Assembly: GCA_963699255.1 (NCBI GenBank)
Contig: OY969425.1
Coordinates: 390,001 to 422,000 of the forward strand
Direction: 5' to 3'
DNA: 32,000 bases
From: an uncultured bacterium
Lineage (GTDB): Bacteria > Margulisbacteria > WOR-1 > CAVSGV01
Each line of letters starts with the position of its first letter. The stretch's first letter is position 1. The position numbers and the translations under genes were made by a program. The notes under the pieces were generated by a model. The model worked only from the letters and a program-made list of their open reading frames with translations, was not told where the DNA came from and did not search any database. This document shows, one piece after another, positions 1 through 8,726 of the stretch.

Positions 1-1
1 G

Positions 2-148
2 AATACGGCGGAGTTCACCCCGAAGAACATCCAGACGAAAGAGGAAAGGGTGACCCAGGTTTTCGGGATAAAGATCGATATCCCGAATCCGGAAAACAAA
101 TTAAAGCCGGGTATGCCTGCTGACGCGGTCATTTATTTAAGCAAGTAA
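2..148 (+). CDS. HlyD/YbhG-type periplasmic adaptor (membrane-fusion protein), C-terminal fragment; 5' end lies outside the window
   Basis: My translation of frame 2 gives NTAEFTPKNIQTKEERVTQVFGIKIDIPNPENKLKPGMPADAVIYLSK*, with stop TAA at 146-148. The tail 'FTPKNIQTxEER...LKPGMPA' is typical of YbhG-like HlyD adaptors. It sits directly upstream of a YbhFSR-like ABC-2 operon. Confidence 0.75.
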   Translation, partial: NTAEFTPKNIQTKEERVTQVFGIKIDIPNPENKLKPGMPADAVIYLSK

Positions 149-152
149 CCCT

Positions 153-896
153 GTGGATAATGCAGTTATCACCGTCAATAAGCTGACGAAAAAATTCAAA
201 GAGCACACCGCTGTATCCTCCCTTGATCTCACCATAAATAAAGGAGAGATTTTCGGTCTTCTTGGCCCTGACGGGGCTGGAAAATCAACCATCATGAGGA
301 TGCTCTCCACCGTAATGCTGCCTACAAGCGGAGAGGCGACCGTCCTGGGAATGGATATCAAGAAGGATGAGGATAAGATAAGGCGGCGCATAGGTTACAT
401 GCCTCAGAAATTCAACCTCTACGGCGACCTGACGGTGGATGAGAACATAGAATTCTTTGCTGACATTTATGATGTGAAAAGGGAAGACCTGGATGCTGTA
501 AGGGAGAAAACCCTCGAATTCACTAAGCTGGCGCCTTACAGGAACAGATATGCTCGCCAGCTGTCCGGAGGAATGCAGAAAAAGCTCGCTCTCGCGACAG
601 TTATCCTTCACGCTCCGGAGATACTTTTTCTTGACGAGCCCACACTGGGGGTAGATCCACTTTCCCGGCGGGAGTTCTGGAGGCTTTTGTACGGCTTAAA
701 TGACGTGACTATCTTTGTAACCACCCCGTATATGGATGAGGCGGAGCGATGCAACAGGATAGGGTTGATCCGCGAAGGCGTTCTGCTTACCTGCGATACT
801 CCGGCTCAGATCAAACTACGGACCAATGAGCCGACGCTTGAGAAAGCTTTTATAAATCTGATCATGTGCGCCAGAACGCCAGGATGTGAAGTGTAG
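153..896 (+). CDS. ABC transporter ATP-binding protein (NBD-A of a split YbhF-like pair)
   Basis: 247-aa ORF with a GTG start. Walker A GPDGAGKST, Q-loop YMPQ, signature LSGGMQKKL, Walker B ILFLDEP. The switch region reads TTPYMDEA, with Pro (codon 726-728) where the conserved His is expected. Confidence 0.9.
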   Translation: MDNAVITVNKLTKKFKEHTAVSSLDLTINKGEIFGLLGPDGAGKSTIMRMLSTVMLPTSGEATVLGMDIKKDEDKIRRRIGYMPQKFNLYGDLTVDENIEFFADIYDVKREDLDAVREKTLEFTKLAPYRNRYARQLSGGMQKKLALATVILHAPEILFLDEPTLGVDPLSRREFWRLLYGLNDVTIFVTTPYMDEAERCNRIGLIREGVLLTCDTPAQIKLRTNEPTLEKAFINLIMCARTPGCEV

Positions 897-897
897 T

Positions 898-1848
898 ATG
901 TCAGAAGTATCAATTGCAGTAAAAGATCTAACAAAGAAATTCGGCGATTTTGTTGCCGTCAATAACATTAACTTTGAAATAAGGAAAGGTGAGATCTTCG
1001 GGTTTTTGGGGCCGAACGGGGCGGGTAAGACCACTACGATCAGGATGCTTTGCGGATTGATCGACCCCACTTCAGGTGACGCGACTGTTGGCGGGTTCAG
1101 GATATCGGATCAGCAGGAAGACATTAAAAAGATCATCGGATATATGTCGCAAAAGTTCTCTCTTTATGATGACCTGACCGTAGCTGAGAATATCGATTTT
1201 TTTGCCGGTATATATCAGACGCCTAAGTATAACAGGGAACATAAGAAACAGGAGATAATCAAGATCTCGGAACTGTTCGGCAAGGAGAATGTCCTGGCGG
1301 GGGAACTCGCCTCAGCTTTAAAACAACATCTGGCTCTCGGGTGCGCTTTGATCAATGATCCCCGCGTCATTTTCCTTGACGAACCTACCGCTGGTGTGGA
1401 TCCGCTGGCCAGAAAGAAATTCTGGAACATCATAAAGATGCTGGCTAAAGCCGGCGTAACAGTATTGGTCACCACTCATTACATGGATGAGGCCGAAAAC
1501 TGCGATCGTATAGCGTTCATAAGCGATGGCGTTGTTATCGCGTGCGATTCCCCGGAGAACCTTAAGACCAATGAAATGAAGGGTTTCCTTTATGAGATAG
1601 AATGCGACAAGGTCATGAAGGCGCTTGAATTGTTGAGGAAACTATCCTTTATAAGGGAGATCGCGTTATATGGCATTTATCTTCACGCGGTCGTAGAAGA
1701 CGAAAAATATGCGGAAGATATAAAAAGCGCCTTAAAGTCTAACTTTATTGAGATCAAAAGGATGGAGAAAACCATTCCGTCGCTTGAGGATGTTTTTGTG
1801 TCGCTTGTCGAAGCTCAGATCCGTCAAAAGAGCGCGGGAAATAAATGA
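898..1848 (+). CDS. ABC transporter ATP-binding protein (NBD-B of a split YbhF-like pair) with a C-terminal accessory domain
   Basis: The ORF track gives 886..1848. I prefer the ATG at 898 (MSEVSIAVKDLTKKF), 1 nt after the upstream stop. Walker A GPNGAGKTT, Walker B VIFLDEP, switch TTHYMDEA. The signature position reads LASALKQHL (1306-1317) instead of LSGGxxQR. Confidence 0.88.
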   Translation: MSEVSIAVKDLTKKFGDFVAVNNINFEIRKGEIFGFLGPNGAGKTTTIRMLCGLIDPTSGDATVGGFRISDQQEDIKKIIGYMSQKFSLYDDLTVAENIDFFAGIYQTPKYNREHKKQEIIKISELFGKENVLAGELASALKQHLALGCALINDPRVIFLDEPTAGVDPLARKKFWNIIKMLAKAGVTVLVTTHYMDEAENCDRIAFISDGVVIACDSPENLKTNEMKGFLYEIECDKVMKALELLRKLSFIREIALYGIYLHAVVEDEKYAEDIKSALKSNFIEIKRMEKTIPSLEDVFVSLVEAQIRQKSAGNK

Positions 1849-2972
1849 TCAAGCATATTTATGCGATAATGCGCAAAGAATTCTTACATCTTATAAGGGA
1901 TCCCAGAAGCCTTGTAATATCCATCTTTTTACCTGTCATTCTTTTGTTCATTTACGGATATTCCGTCTCCTTTGACGTGAAGAACCTGCAAATGGCTGTA
2001 TTGGATAACTCGAAGACCGCCCAAAGCCGACAGCTTATCGAAAAGTTCGTCCAGACAGGGTATTTCACTATAACGGCGGACTTAAGAAGCGAGCTTAAAT
2101 TTCAAGATGTGCTGGACAGCGGAAGAGCTAAGGTCGTAATAAATATCCCGTCAGATTTCACAAAGGACCTTCTCTCTAATAAGAAAGCGGTCATTCAGGT
2201 CCTGCTTGACGGTTCTGATCCGGTAGCAGCATCCTCTGCTTTAAGCTACATAAACGGGATAGCTCAGCAATACATCGGAGGACTTATTGTAAAAAGGTCC
2301 ATGTTGAATAGGATGAAAAGCTCCAGCCCCATCAATCTTGTCGCGAGGGTCTGGTATAACGAGAATCTGAGAAGCCTTAATTTCTATATTCCTGGACTGA
2401 TAAGCTCGATATTGATGATGCTGGCAGCAACTCTTACCTCATTGACGATCGTTTCCGAGAAGGAAATGGGCACAATGGAAGCTCTGATCGCGAGTCCGAT
2501 AAGAAAGAACGAGCTGATGATAGGGAAGATACTGCCATATGTTATCATCGCTTTCTGGGATGTGGTATTTGTGACGGCTATTGGACGGTTCTGGTTCATG
2601 GTGCCTTTAAAGGGAAGTTTGATCCTTATGCTATTTTGTTCCTGTATATTCCTTACAGGAGCGCTTGCGATCGGGTTGTTGTTCTCGACCATAGCAAAAA
2701 CAAGCCAGGAAGCGATGCAGCTGGCTCTGCTTACCACGATGATGCCTTCCATGCTGCTTTCGGGTATGACCTTTCCGATCGAGAACATGCCGCGAGTGAT
2801 CCAGTTCGTCACGTATCTTGTGCCGGCAAGATATTTCTTAAGGATAATGCGGGGGATATTCCTGAAGGGTGTAGGGGTTTCTTATCTCTGGGGTGATATC
2901 ATCCCTCTTACGATATATTCGCTCATAATGATGTGGTTATGCATTCGGGCTTTCAAGAAAAGGGTTGAATAA
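1845..2972 (+). CDS. ABC-2 type transporter permease (YbhS/YbhR-like)
   Basis: 375 aa. N-terminal TM helix, then a large extracytoplasmic loop, then a C-terminal bundle of about five TM helices, which is the ABC-2 membrane architecture. ATGA overlap with the upstream ATPase. Confidence 0.88.
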   Translation: MIKHIYAIMRKEFLHLIRDPRSLVISIFLPVILLFIYGYSVSFDVKNLQMAVLDNSKTAQSRQLIEKFVQTGYFTITADLRSELKFQDVLDSGRAKVVINIPSDFTKDLLSNKKAVIQVLLDGSDPVAASSALSYINGIAQQYIGGLIVKRSMLNRMKSSSPINLVARVWYNENLRSLNFYIPGLISSILMMLAATLTSLTIVSEKEMGTMEALIASPIRKNELMIGKILPYVIIAFWDVVFVTAIGRFWFMVPLKGSLILMLFCSCIFLTGALAIGLLFSTIAKTSQEAMQLALLTTMMPSMLLSGMTFPIENMPRVIQFVTYLVPARYFLRIMRGIFLKGVGVSYLWGDIIPLTIYSLIMMWLCIRAFKKRVE

Positions 2973-2975
2973 TTA

Positions 2976-4106
2976 ATGGATAGCCGTTTATTTCATTTTA
3001 TCATTAAAGAATACAGACAGCTTTTCAGGGACGTAAGGATGCTGAGGACGGTCATGATCATGCCTGTAATACAGCTTTTAATGTTCGGTTATATAGCCAG
3101 TACGGATATCAAAAACATCCCGACGGCGATCTTTGACGAGGACAGGACAAGTTTAAGCAGGACCTATATACAAAGCATAAAGAATACTGGCAATTTCGAA
3201 CTAAAATATTATGTGAAGAATGAAAAGGAATTTACCGCTTTACTTGACAGCGGCAGGGCGGCGCTGGTCGTACGTATACCAAAAGATTTTAAGAAAAACC
3301 TGATATCCGGCGATTCCGCGGACGTCCAGACAATAATAGACGGCAGCAACTCTTCAAATGCCACGATCATTCTTGGTTATATGGACCAAATAAATTTCAT
3401 AAATTCTAACGCTATATTGAAAGATAGACTTAACAAGGCAGGCATCAATGCGGGCGGATTTTCGCCTTTAGAACTTCAAACGCGTGTTTGGTACAACCCG
3501 GAACTGAAGAGCCTGTATTTTATGGTCCCGGCTATATTTGCGCAGATCCTCATGATGATAAGCATGATGCTGACCATGTTCTCTGTAGTAAAGGAAAAGG
3601 AAAAAGGCACGATCGAACAGCTTATGGTCACGCCGCTTATGCCCTATGAATTGATACTTGGAAAGCTGATACCACCTGTTACGGTGGCGTTCCTTGATTC
3701 GATCTTCGCGTTCCTTGTCGCGATCTTCTGGTTCAGGGTCCCGATCCATGGAAGTGCTTTGCTGTTATTCGTTCTCGGACTGATCTTTTCTTTGACCGGG
3801 CTTGGAATAGGATTGCTCATATCAACGGTTTCAAGGAACCAGCGTCAGGCTATAATGACCAACACCCTTTTTATGTCGCCGCAGTTCATATTGTCGGGTT
3901 TCATCTTTCCAATTGCCAGCATGCCTATTATAATACAGGCATTAACCCATTTGATACCTCTGAGGTATTTCCTTATAATTGTCAGGGGAATATTCATAAA
4001 GGGAATAGGGATGAAATATTTGTGGAGCGAGGTATGGCCGATGCTCATATTCAGTGCGGTCATATTATGGCTGAGCGTCGCAAGGTTCAAGAAAAAACTG
4101 GAGTAG
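2976..4106 (+). CDS. ABC-2 type transporter permease (YbhS/YbhR-like paralogue)
   Basis: 376 aa with the same architecture, and clearly paralogous to the previous ORF (for example RVWYNENLRSLNFYIPGL versus RVWYNPELKSLYFMVPAI). Confidence 0.88.
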   Translation: MDSRLFHFIIKEYRQLFRDVRMLRTVMIMPVIQLLMFGYIASTDIKNIPTAIFDEDRTSLSRTYIQSIKNTGNFELKYYVKNEKEFTALLDSGRAALVVRIPKDFKKNLISGDSADVQTIIDGSNSSNATIILGYMDQINFINSNAILKDRLNKAGINAGGFSPLELQTRVWYNPELKSLYFMVPAIFAQILMMISMMLTMFSVVKEKEKGTIEQLMVTPLMPYELILGKLIPPVTVAFLDSIFAFLVAIFWFRVPIHGSALLLFVLGLIFSLTGLGIGLLISTVSRNQRQAIMTNTLFMSPQFILSGFIFPIASMPIIIQALTHLIPLRYFLIIVRGIFIKGIGMKYLWSEVWPMLIFSAVILWLSVARFKKKLE

Positions 4107-4116
4107 GAGGGATCGC

Positions 4117-5130
4117 ATGGCAATCTTAATGAGGTTCAAAGGCTGGGTGGACGGGATTATCAAGAACAAGAGGCTTTTCTTTACGATCATGGGGATCCTG
4201 TTGATATTCGTACTGCTGGATTTTAGCTCGGTCCAGAGAAGCAGGTTGCCGATAAAGGTTGATACGGCAAAAATGGGCGATATAGTGCCCACGGTATCAG
4301 CGACCGGATATGTAAAGGTGACTCAGTCTAAACTCGGGGTAAGGCTGTCGGGCGTAATAAAGGAAATACTCGTCACGGAAGGGCAAAAAGTTAGCAAAGG
4401 CGATTTACTTCTCAAGCTCGACAGCTATGAGAACGCCTTTACCGAGTATCACAGGGTAAAGAGGCTATACAACAAGGGTTATTCAACTTCGCAACAGCTG
4501 GAAGCGGCAAGATTTAATCTTGACGGGGCTTCGATCAAATCGCCTATGGAAGGTATTGTTTCAAATGTAGCCGTTGATGAGGGGGAAACAGCGACGCCGG
4601 GCGTTCCGCTCATCACCGTGATAAACCCGAAGGACCTGACCATCGAGATCCAGATAGACCAGGCGGACATTGGGCAGGTGAAGAAGGGCGCCGATGTCAT
4701 GGTGAATGCGGACGCGTACCCCGATGAAACGTTCCTGGGCAAGCTGGAGTTCCTCAATACCGAAGCGGAGCAGAAGATGATAGGCGGTGTCCCAAGCACG
4801 GATGAAGAGGACAAGGTATTCAGGGGAAAGGTCAAGCTGGACAAAGAGACCACCAAGCTGTTCTCCAATATGAGCGTGGACACTGAGATAGTTGTGCAGA
4901 GGATAAATGATGTCCTCATTGTCCCAAGGGAGGCTGTTGCCAGTGAGAACGAAAAGTATTACATATATATCGTTAAGTGGGGCCACGTGGAGAAAAAAGA
5001 GGTTAAGATAGGGCTTAAGGACAATAATAATGTGGAGATATCCGACGGTATAAGGCCCGGAACGGCAGTGGCCATGTCAAACATCGTTAAGCTGAAGAAC
5101 GGGACAAGAATAAAAATTGAACGCAAATGA
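4117..5130 (+). CDS. Efflux periplasmic adaptor subunit (MacA/HlyD_D23-like)
   Basis: 337 aa. N-terminal TM anchor (FFTIMGILLIFVLL). Lipoyl/beta-barrel motifs (GxVxxIxVxEGQxVxKGDLLLKLD; IKSPMEGIVSNVAVDEGE). GGAGGG Shine-Dalgarno 7 nt upstream. Followed by a MacB-type ATPase and permease. Confidence 0.85.
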   Translation: MAILMRFKGWVDGIIKNKRLFFTIMGILLIFVLLDFSSVQRSRLPIKVDTAKMGDIVPTVSATGYVKVTQSKLGVRLSGVIKEILVTEGQKVSKGDLLLKLDSYENAFTEYHRVKRLYNKGYSTSQQLEAARFNLDGASIKSPMEGIVSNVAVDEGETATPGVPLITVINPKDLTIEIQIDQADIGQVKKGADVMVNADAYPDETFLGKLEFLNTEAEQKMIGGVPSTDEEDKVFRGKVKLDKETTKLFSNMSVDTEIVVQRINDVLIVPREAVASENEKYYIYIVKWGHVEKKEVKIGLKDNNNVEISDGIRPGTAVAMSNIVKLKNGTRIKIERK

Positions 5131-5824
5131 CCTTGCTCTAAAGGTTGTCGATCTATGCAAGACATATAAGCTTGGGCCGATCGAAGTCCCGGCGGTCTGC
5201 GGCGTCTCCTGCGAGGTAAAGAGGGGAGAATTCGTTGCTATAACAGGCCCTTCCGGCTGCGGCAAATCCACATTCATGCACCTTATCGGCTGCCTGGACA
5301 GGCCAACGAGCGGACAGATATATCTTGACGGCGATAAGGTCGCAGACCTTGATGACAACCAGCTTGCAAAGATACGAAACAAGAAGATCGGATTTGTTTT
5401 CCAGTCCTTCAACCTTCTTCCAAGGATGAACGCAGAAAAGAACGTTGCCCTGCCGCTATATTATGCTGACGTCAGGACCGAAGAGCGGGACAACAGGGCA
5501 CACGCGATGCTGGAACAGGTGGGACTGGAGAAAAGAGTTCATCATAAACCAGCGGAGATGTCAGGCGGCGAGAGGCAGCGTATCGCCATAGCTCGGGCGC
5601 TTATCAATGATCCCGCCATCATGCTGGCCGATGAACCGACCGGCAACCTGGACTCAAAGACCAGCATCGATATCATGCGTATATTCCAGGATATCAATAA
5701 AAAAGGCGCCACAATAGTTGTGGTAACTCACGAGCCCGACATAGTCCGTTATGCCAAGCGCGTGATCAAGCTCAAGGACGGCCATATTATCGGAGATGAA
5801 CCGGTAGAGCAGGTGCTCATATGA
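5117..5824 (+). CDS. ABC transporter ATP-binding protein, MacB/LolD family
   Basis: 235 aa with a TTG start. Walker A GPSGCGKST, 'FVFQSFNLLP' Q-loop region, signature MSGGERQRIAIARAL, Walker B MLADEPTGNLD, switch VTHE. Confidence 0.9.
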   Translation: MNANDLALKVVDLCKTYKLGPIEVPAVCGVSCEVKRGEFVAITGPSGCGKSTFMHLIGCLDRPTSGQIYLDGDKVADLDDNQLAKIRNKKIGFVFQSFNLLPRMNAEKNVALPLYYADVRTEERDNRAHAMLEQVGLEKRVHHKPAEMSGGERQRIAIARALINDPAIMLADEPTGNLDSKTSIDIMRIFQDINKKGATIVVVTHEPDIVRYAKRVIKLKDGHIIGDEPVEQVLI

Positions 5825-7026
5825 GGGAACTGCTAACTAACACAATCGAATCTTTCTATCTCGCCGTAGAGACATTGATGTCGAATAAAATGAGGTCTTT
5901 CCTTACAATGCTCGGGGTTGTAATAGGGGTTTTTGCCGTTATTACGCTTGTCGCGATAGGAGAAGGCGCAAAAACTTATATTTACGAAGAGGTATCACAA
6001 TTCGGAATGGGCTCAAATTATATGGAGTTGCATCCCGGAAAGGAACAGGGGCCTTCGATGCTGACAGAAAAGCTCACTTACCGTGACACAGAAGCAATTG
6101 AGAGGGATTGCCCGTCTGTGGCAGCCGTTGATCCGCGTACTATGGGCAGTTTAGATCTTAAATACGGCAAGCAGAAAGAGACCATCCAATTAGGCATGGG
6201 AGTGTCGTACAACTACCCTAAAGTCCTTAAGCATGAAGTGGTGCAGGGCCGTTTTTATACGAAATCTGAACAGGACGGCAGGAAAAAAGTGGCCGTTATC
6301 GGGCAAAAGGTGGTTGAAAAGCTTTTCTCCGGTTTTAACCCGATAGGGGAGAAGATGAAGATCAATGGCAAGAGTTTTTTGGTGGTGGGCGTATTTGAGA
6401 AAAAAGGCCTTATGATGGGCTTTGATTACGATGACATAGTTGCTATCCCGATCACCACAGCGCAAAAGCTTCTTGATACCAACAGGATCATGGAGGTAGG
6501 CATCTCCGCAAAGAGCGCCGATCTTATTTACAAGGCAAAGGAAGAGGTAAGGCAGCTGCTGATAAAACGCCACAAGAAGGAGGACTTCAGGCTGGACACG
6601 ACGGAAGAACAACTTTCACTTATTAACAATATACTTGGCTTTCTCACGCTTGCTATCGGGGGGATTGCCTCCATATCGCTTCTTGTTGGCGGGATCGGCA
6701 TAATGAACATAATGCTCGTTTCTGTAAACGAAAGGATAAGAGAGATCGGCATCAGGAAATCTGTTGGAGCAACAAGGCGGGATATTTTCATACAGTTCCT
6801 GATCGAATCCGTGGTCATCAGCATGGTAGGGGGCTCTGTCGGCATAGTCCTTGGGGTGGGCGCTTCAATGGCGATAATGCAGGCGCTGGGAATTACCCCG
6901 ACAGTATCCATTTGGTCAGCAAGCCTTGCATATTTTGTTTCAATATTCGTTGGCGTGGTTTCCGGTGTTTATCCCGCCATGAGGGCCGCCCAGCTTGACC
7001 CCGTTGAAGCTTTAAGGTACGAATAA
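5821..7026 (+). CDS. ABC transporter permease, MacB/FtsX family
   Basis: 401 aa. TM1, then a periplasmic domain of about 230 aa, then the FtsX-type C-terminal three-TM bundle. C-terminal 'PAMRAAQLDPVEALRYE' is characteristic of MacB/LolC-type permeases. ATGA overlap with the ATPase. Confidence 0.9.
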   Translation: MRELLTNTIESFYLAVETLMSNKMRSFLTMLGVVIGVFAVITLVAIGEGAKTYIYEEVSQFGMGSNYMELHPGKEQGPSMLTEKLTYRDTEAIERDCPSVAAVDPRTMGSLDLKYGKQKETIQLGMGVSYNYPKVLKHEVVQGRFYTKSEQDGRKKVAVIGQKVVEKLFSGFNPIGEKMKINGKSFLVVGVFEKKGLMMGFDYDDIVAIPITTAQKLLDTNRIMEVGISAKSADLIYKAKEEVRQLLIKRHKKEDFRLDTTEEQLSLINNILGFLTLAIGGIASISLLVGGIGIMNIMLVSVNERIREIGIRKSVGATRRDIFIQFLIESVVISMVGGSVGIVLGVGASMAIMQALGITPTVSIWSASLAYFVSIFVGVVSGVYPAMRAAQLDPVEALRYE

Positions 7027-7047
7027 GAGAAAAAAACAATAGGGTGT

Positions 7048-8019
7048 TCAGCTCTGTTTTGCCAGATATTCCTTGACGCTGCTTACCGCTATGGCGCCGT
7101 CAGCGACAGATGTAACGACCTGCCTGAGCATTTTCTTTCTTACGTCTCCTGCGGCAAAGATACCCGGGACATTCGTAGCTAATTTTTCATCAGTTATAAT
7201 ATGGCCGGAATCGTCCAATTTGATGATATCTTTAAGAAAATCGGTGTTCGGCTTGAGGCCGGCGTAGATGAAAACACCGTCAATATTGATAGATGATTTT
7301 TTATTGCTTTGAGTGTCGACAAGCTTCAATGATCTGACCTTTTCATCGCCTTTTATCTCTTCAACTATCGAGTTAAGCTTGAAAAATATCTTCGGATTGG
7401 AGGCGGCTTTTTCCTGGAGGACCTTATCCGCCCTGAGATCATTTCTGCGGTGTATTATCGTAACCAGCTTGGCGAATCTTGTCAAAAATATCGCTTCTTC
7501 AAGCGCGCCGTTACCTCCGCCGATCACGGCCACGTTTTTGTCCTTGTAAAAAGGCCCGTCGCAGGTCGCGCAATATGAAACTCCTTTACCTATAAAGCTT
7601 TCCTCTCCCGTTATGCCGAGTTTTTTCGGCTCGCTTCCGGCAGCCATGATCACCGCTTTACTTGAGTAGGGGTGTTCTTCCGTATAAGCATTTATTATCG
7701 AGTTCTTTACTTCCAGCTTGACGACTTTGCCGAAGACGATGTCCAGCCCGTACTTTTTAGCCTGATCCTCGAACCTCTGGCCGAGTTCCATCCCCGAGAT
7801 ACCTTCGGGGAAACCAGGGTAGTTTTCAATGATATCGGTCGTTGTGATCAGCCCTCCGGGCACGGCTTTTTCAATGAGAAGCGTGTCGATCTCGGCCCTT
7901 TTTGCGTATATTCCCGCGGAGAGTCCTGCCGGCCCGCCGCCGATTATGATCAGATCGAAAGGGGAAATCCCTTCCTTGATTATTGCTTTAACTTTTGGTT
8001 CGAGTTTTACGGTCGGCAT
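7048..8019 (-). CDS. trxB: Thioredoxin-disulfide reductase
   Basis: 323 aa. FAD site GGGPAGLSAG, redox-active CATCDG, NADPH site GGGNGALEEA plus HRRNDLRA, C-terminal GIFAAGDV. Confidence 0.9.
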   Translation of the reverse strand: MPTVKLEPKVKAIIKEGISPFDLIIIGGGPAGLSAGIYAKRAEIDTLLIEKAVPGGLITTTDIIENYPGFPEGISGMELGQRFEDQAKKYGLDIVFGKVVKLEVKNSIINAYTEEHPYSSKAVIMAAGSEPKKLGITGEESFIGKGVSYCATCDGPFYKDKNVAVIGGGNGALEEAIFLTRFAKLVTIIHRRNDLRADKVLQEKAASNPKIFFKLNSIVEEIKGDEKVRSLKLVDTQSNKKSSINIDGVFIYAGLKPNTDFLKDIIKLDDSGHIITDEKLATNVPGIFAAGDVRKKMLRQVVTSVADGAIAVSSVKEYLAKQS

Positions 8020-8726
8020 TATTGTATTTCCTTTTCTTTTATTCTTGCCTTTGAACGCCCTTCCATGATTATCTTGTTCTGGCCCAGAAGTATCGACATC
8101 TTGTCGCCATACACTTCATTTTCATCTCTTTTGGCTTTTGCACCTTCGGTCAAGATGATCTTATTGTTTTTCGTATCATAAGAAGCGTTCTTTGAGTATG
8201 CGGTTATTTTGCCGTCCGTAAGGAAGACGTCGCCGTAAAGTTTGAATACGCCCTGTTTTTGATCGTAAACGGCCTTGGTTGCCGCGATTCTCGAACCATT
8301 CCTTGTAATTATCACATTTTGATCAGCGATCATAATATCCTGGGCGCTGTCCACCATGAATTTATCGGCGGTGATATCGATCTTTTTGCTGTCAGCGAAG
8401 ATCCTGCCTGAGGGATGTCCGGTCAGCAGGACCTTTTCCAGCCCCACATCTGCGTCAAGTTTTTCAGAATCGATCACGACGTCGCCTTTCGTAAGCGATA
8501 TCGCTCCCGAGCAGATCAGTTTCTTGTTGGAAAGCTTCCAGTTCAGGTTCTTTGCGGAGAACCAGAACCCCTCATATTTTTCTCCGGCTTTTTCGGGGAG
8601 ATGAAAGATGGAACGAAGGTTCGTGAGGTCTTTTGTTTTTGCGAGCGCATCCTTTATGAATTTTCGAATTTTACGTCGTATCCTATTGGATCGTTCAAAA
8701 GGATATCGTTCTTGTTTATCTGCCAT
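8019..8726 (-). CDS. OstA/LptA-like beta-jellyroll protein (LPS transport periplasmic component-like); the N-terminal boundary is doubtful
   Basis: 235 aa of repetitive beta-strand segments typical of OstA_N/LptA folds (ITADKFMVD..., ATKAVYDQKQGVFKLYGDVFLTDG..., AYSKNASYDTKNNKIILTEG...). There is no signal peptide. The first 73 nt overlap the LptC-like ORF in another frame. Confidence 0.6.
   Translation of the reverse strand: MADKQERYPFERSNRIRRKIRKFIKDALAKTKDLTNLRSIFHLPEKAGEKYEGFWFSAKNLNWKLSNKKLICSGAISLTKGDVVIDSEKLDADVGLEKVLLTGHPSGRIFADSKKIDITADKFMVDSAQDIMIADQNVIITRNGSRIAATKAVYDQKQGVFKLYGDVFLTDGKITAYSKNASYDTKNNKIILTEGAKAKRDENEVYGDKMSILLGQNKIIMEGRSKARIKEKEIQ

Noticed and set aside
7672-8181. 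Long antisense ORFs opposite real genes, for example 7672-8181 (+), 4479-4986 (-), 6190-6911 (-), 10145-10936 (+), 19109-19543 (-), 22719-23555 (+) and 27717-28121 (+).
   Set aside because: They are shadow ORFs on the strand opposite, or in alternative frames of, genes with strong family motifs. Their sequences are low-complexity or compositionally odd, with no recognisable motifs.
8654-8726. Programmed -1 ribosomal frameshifting between the LptC-like and LptA-like frames.
   Set aside because: The overlap contains no X-XXY-YYZ slippery heptamer in the LptC frame and no obvious downstream stimulatory structure. A plain indel or genuinely overlapping genes is more likely.
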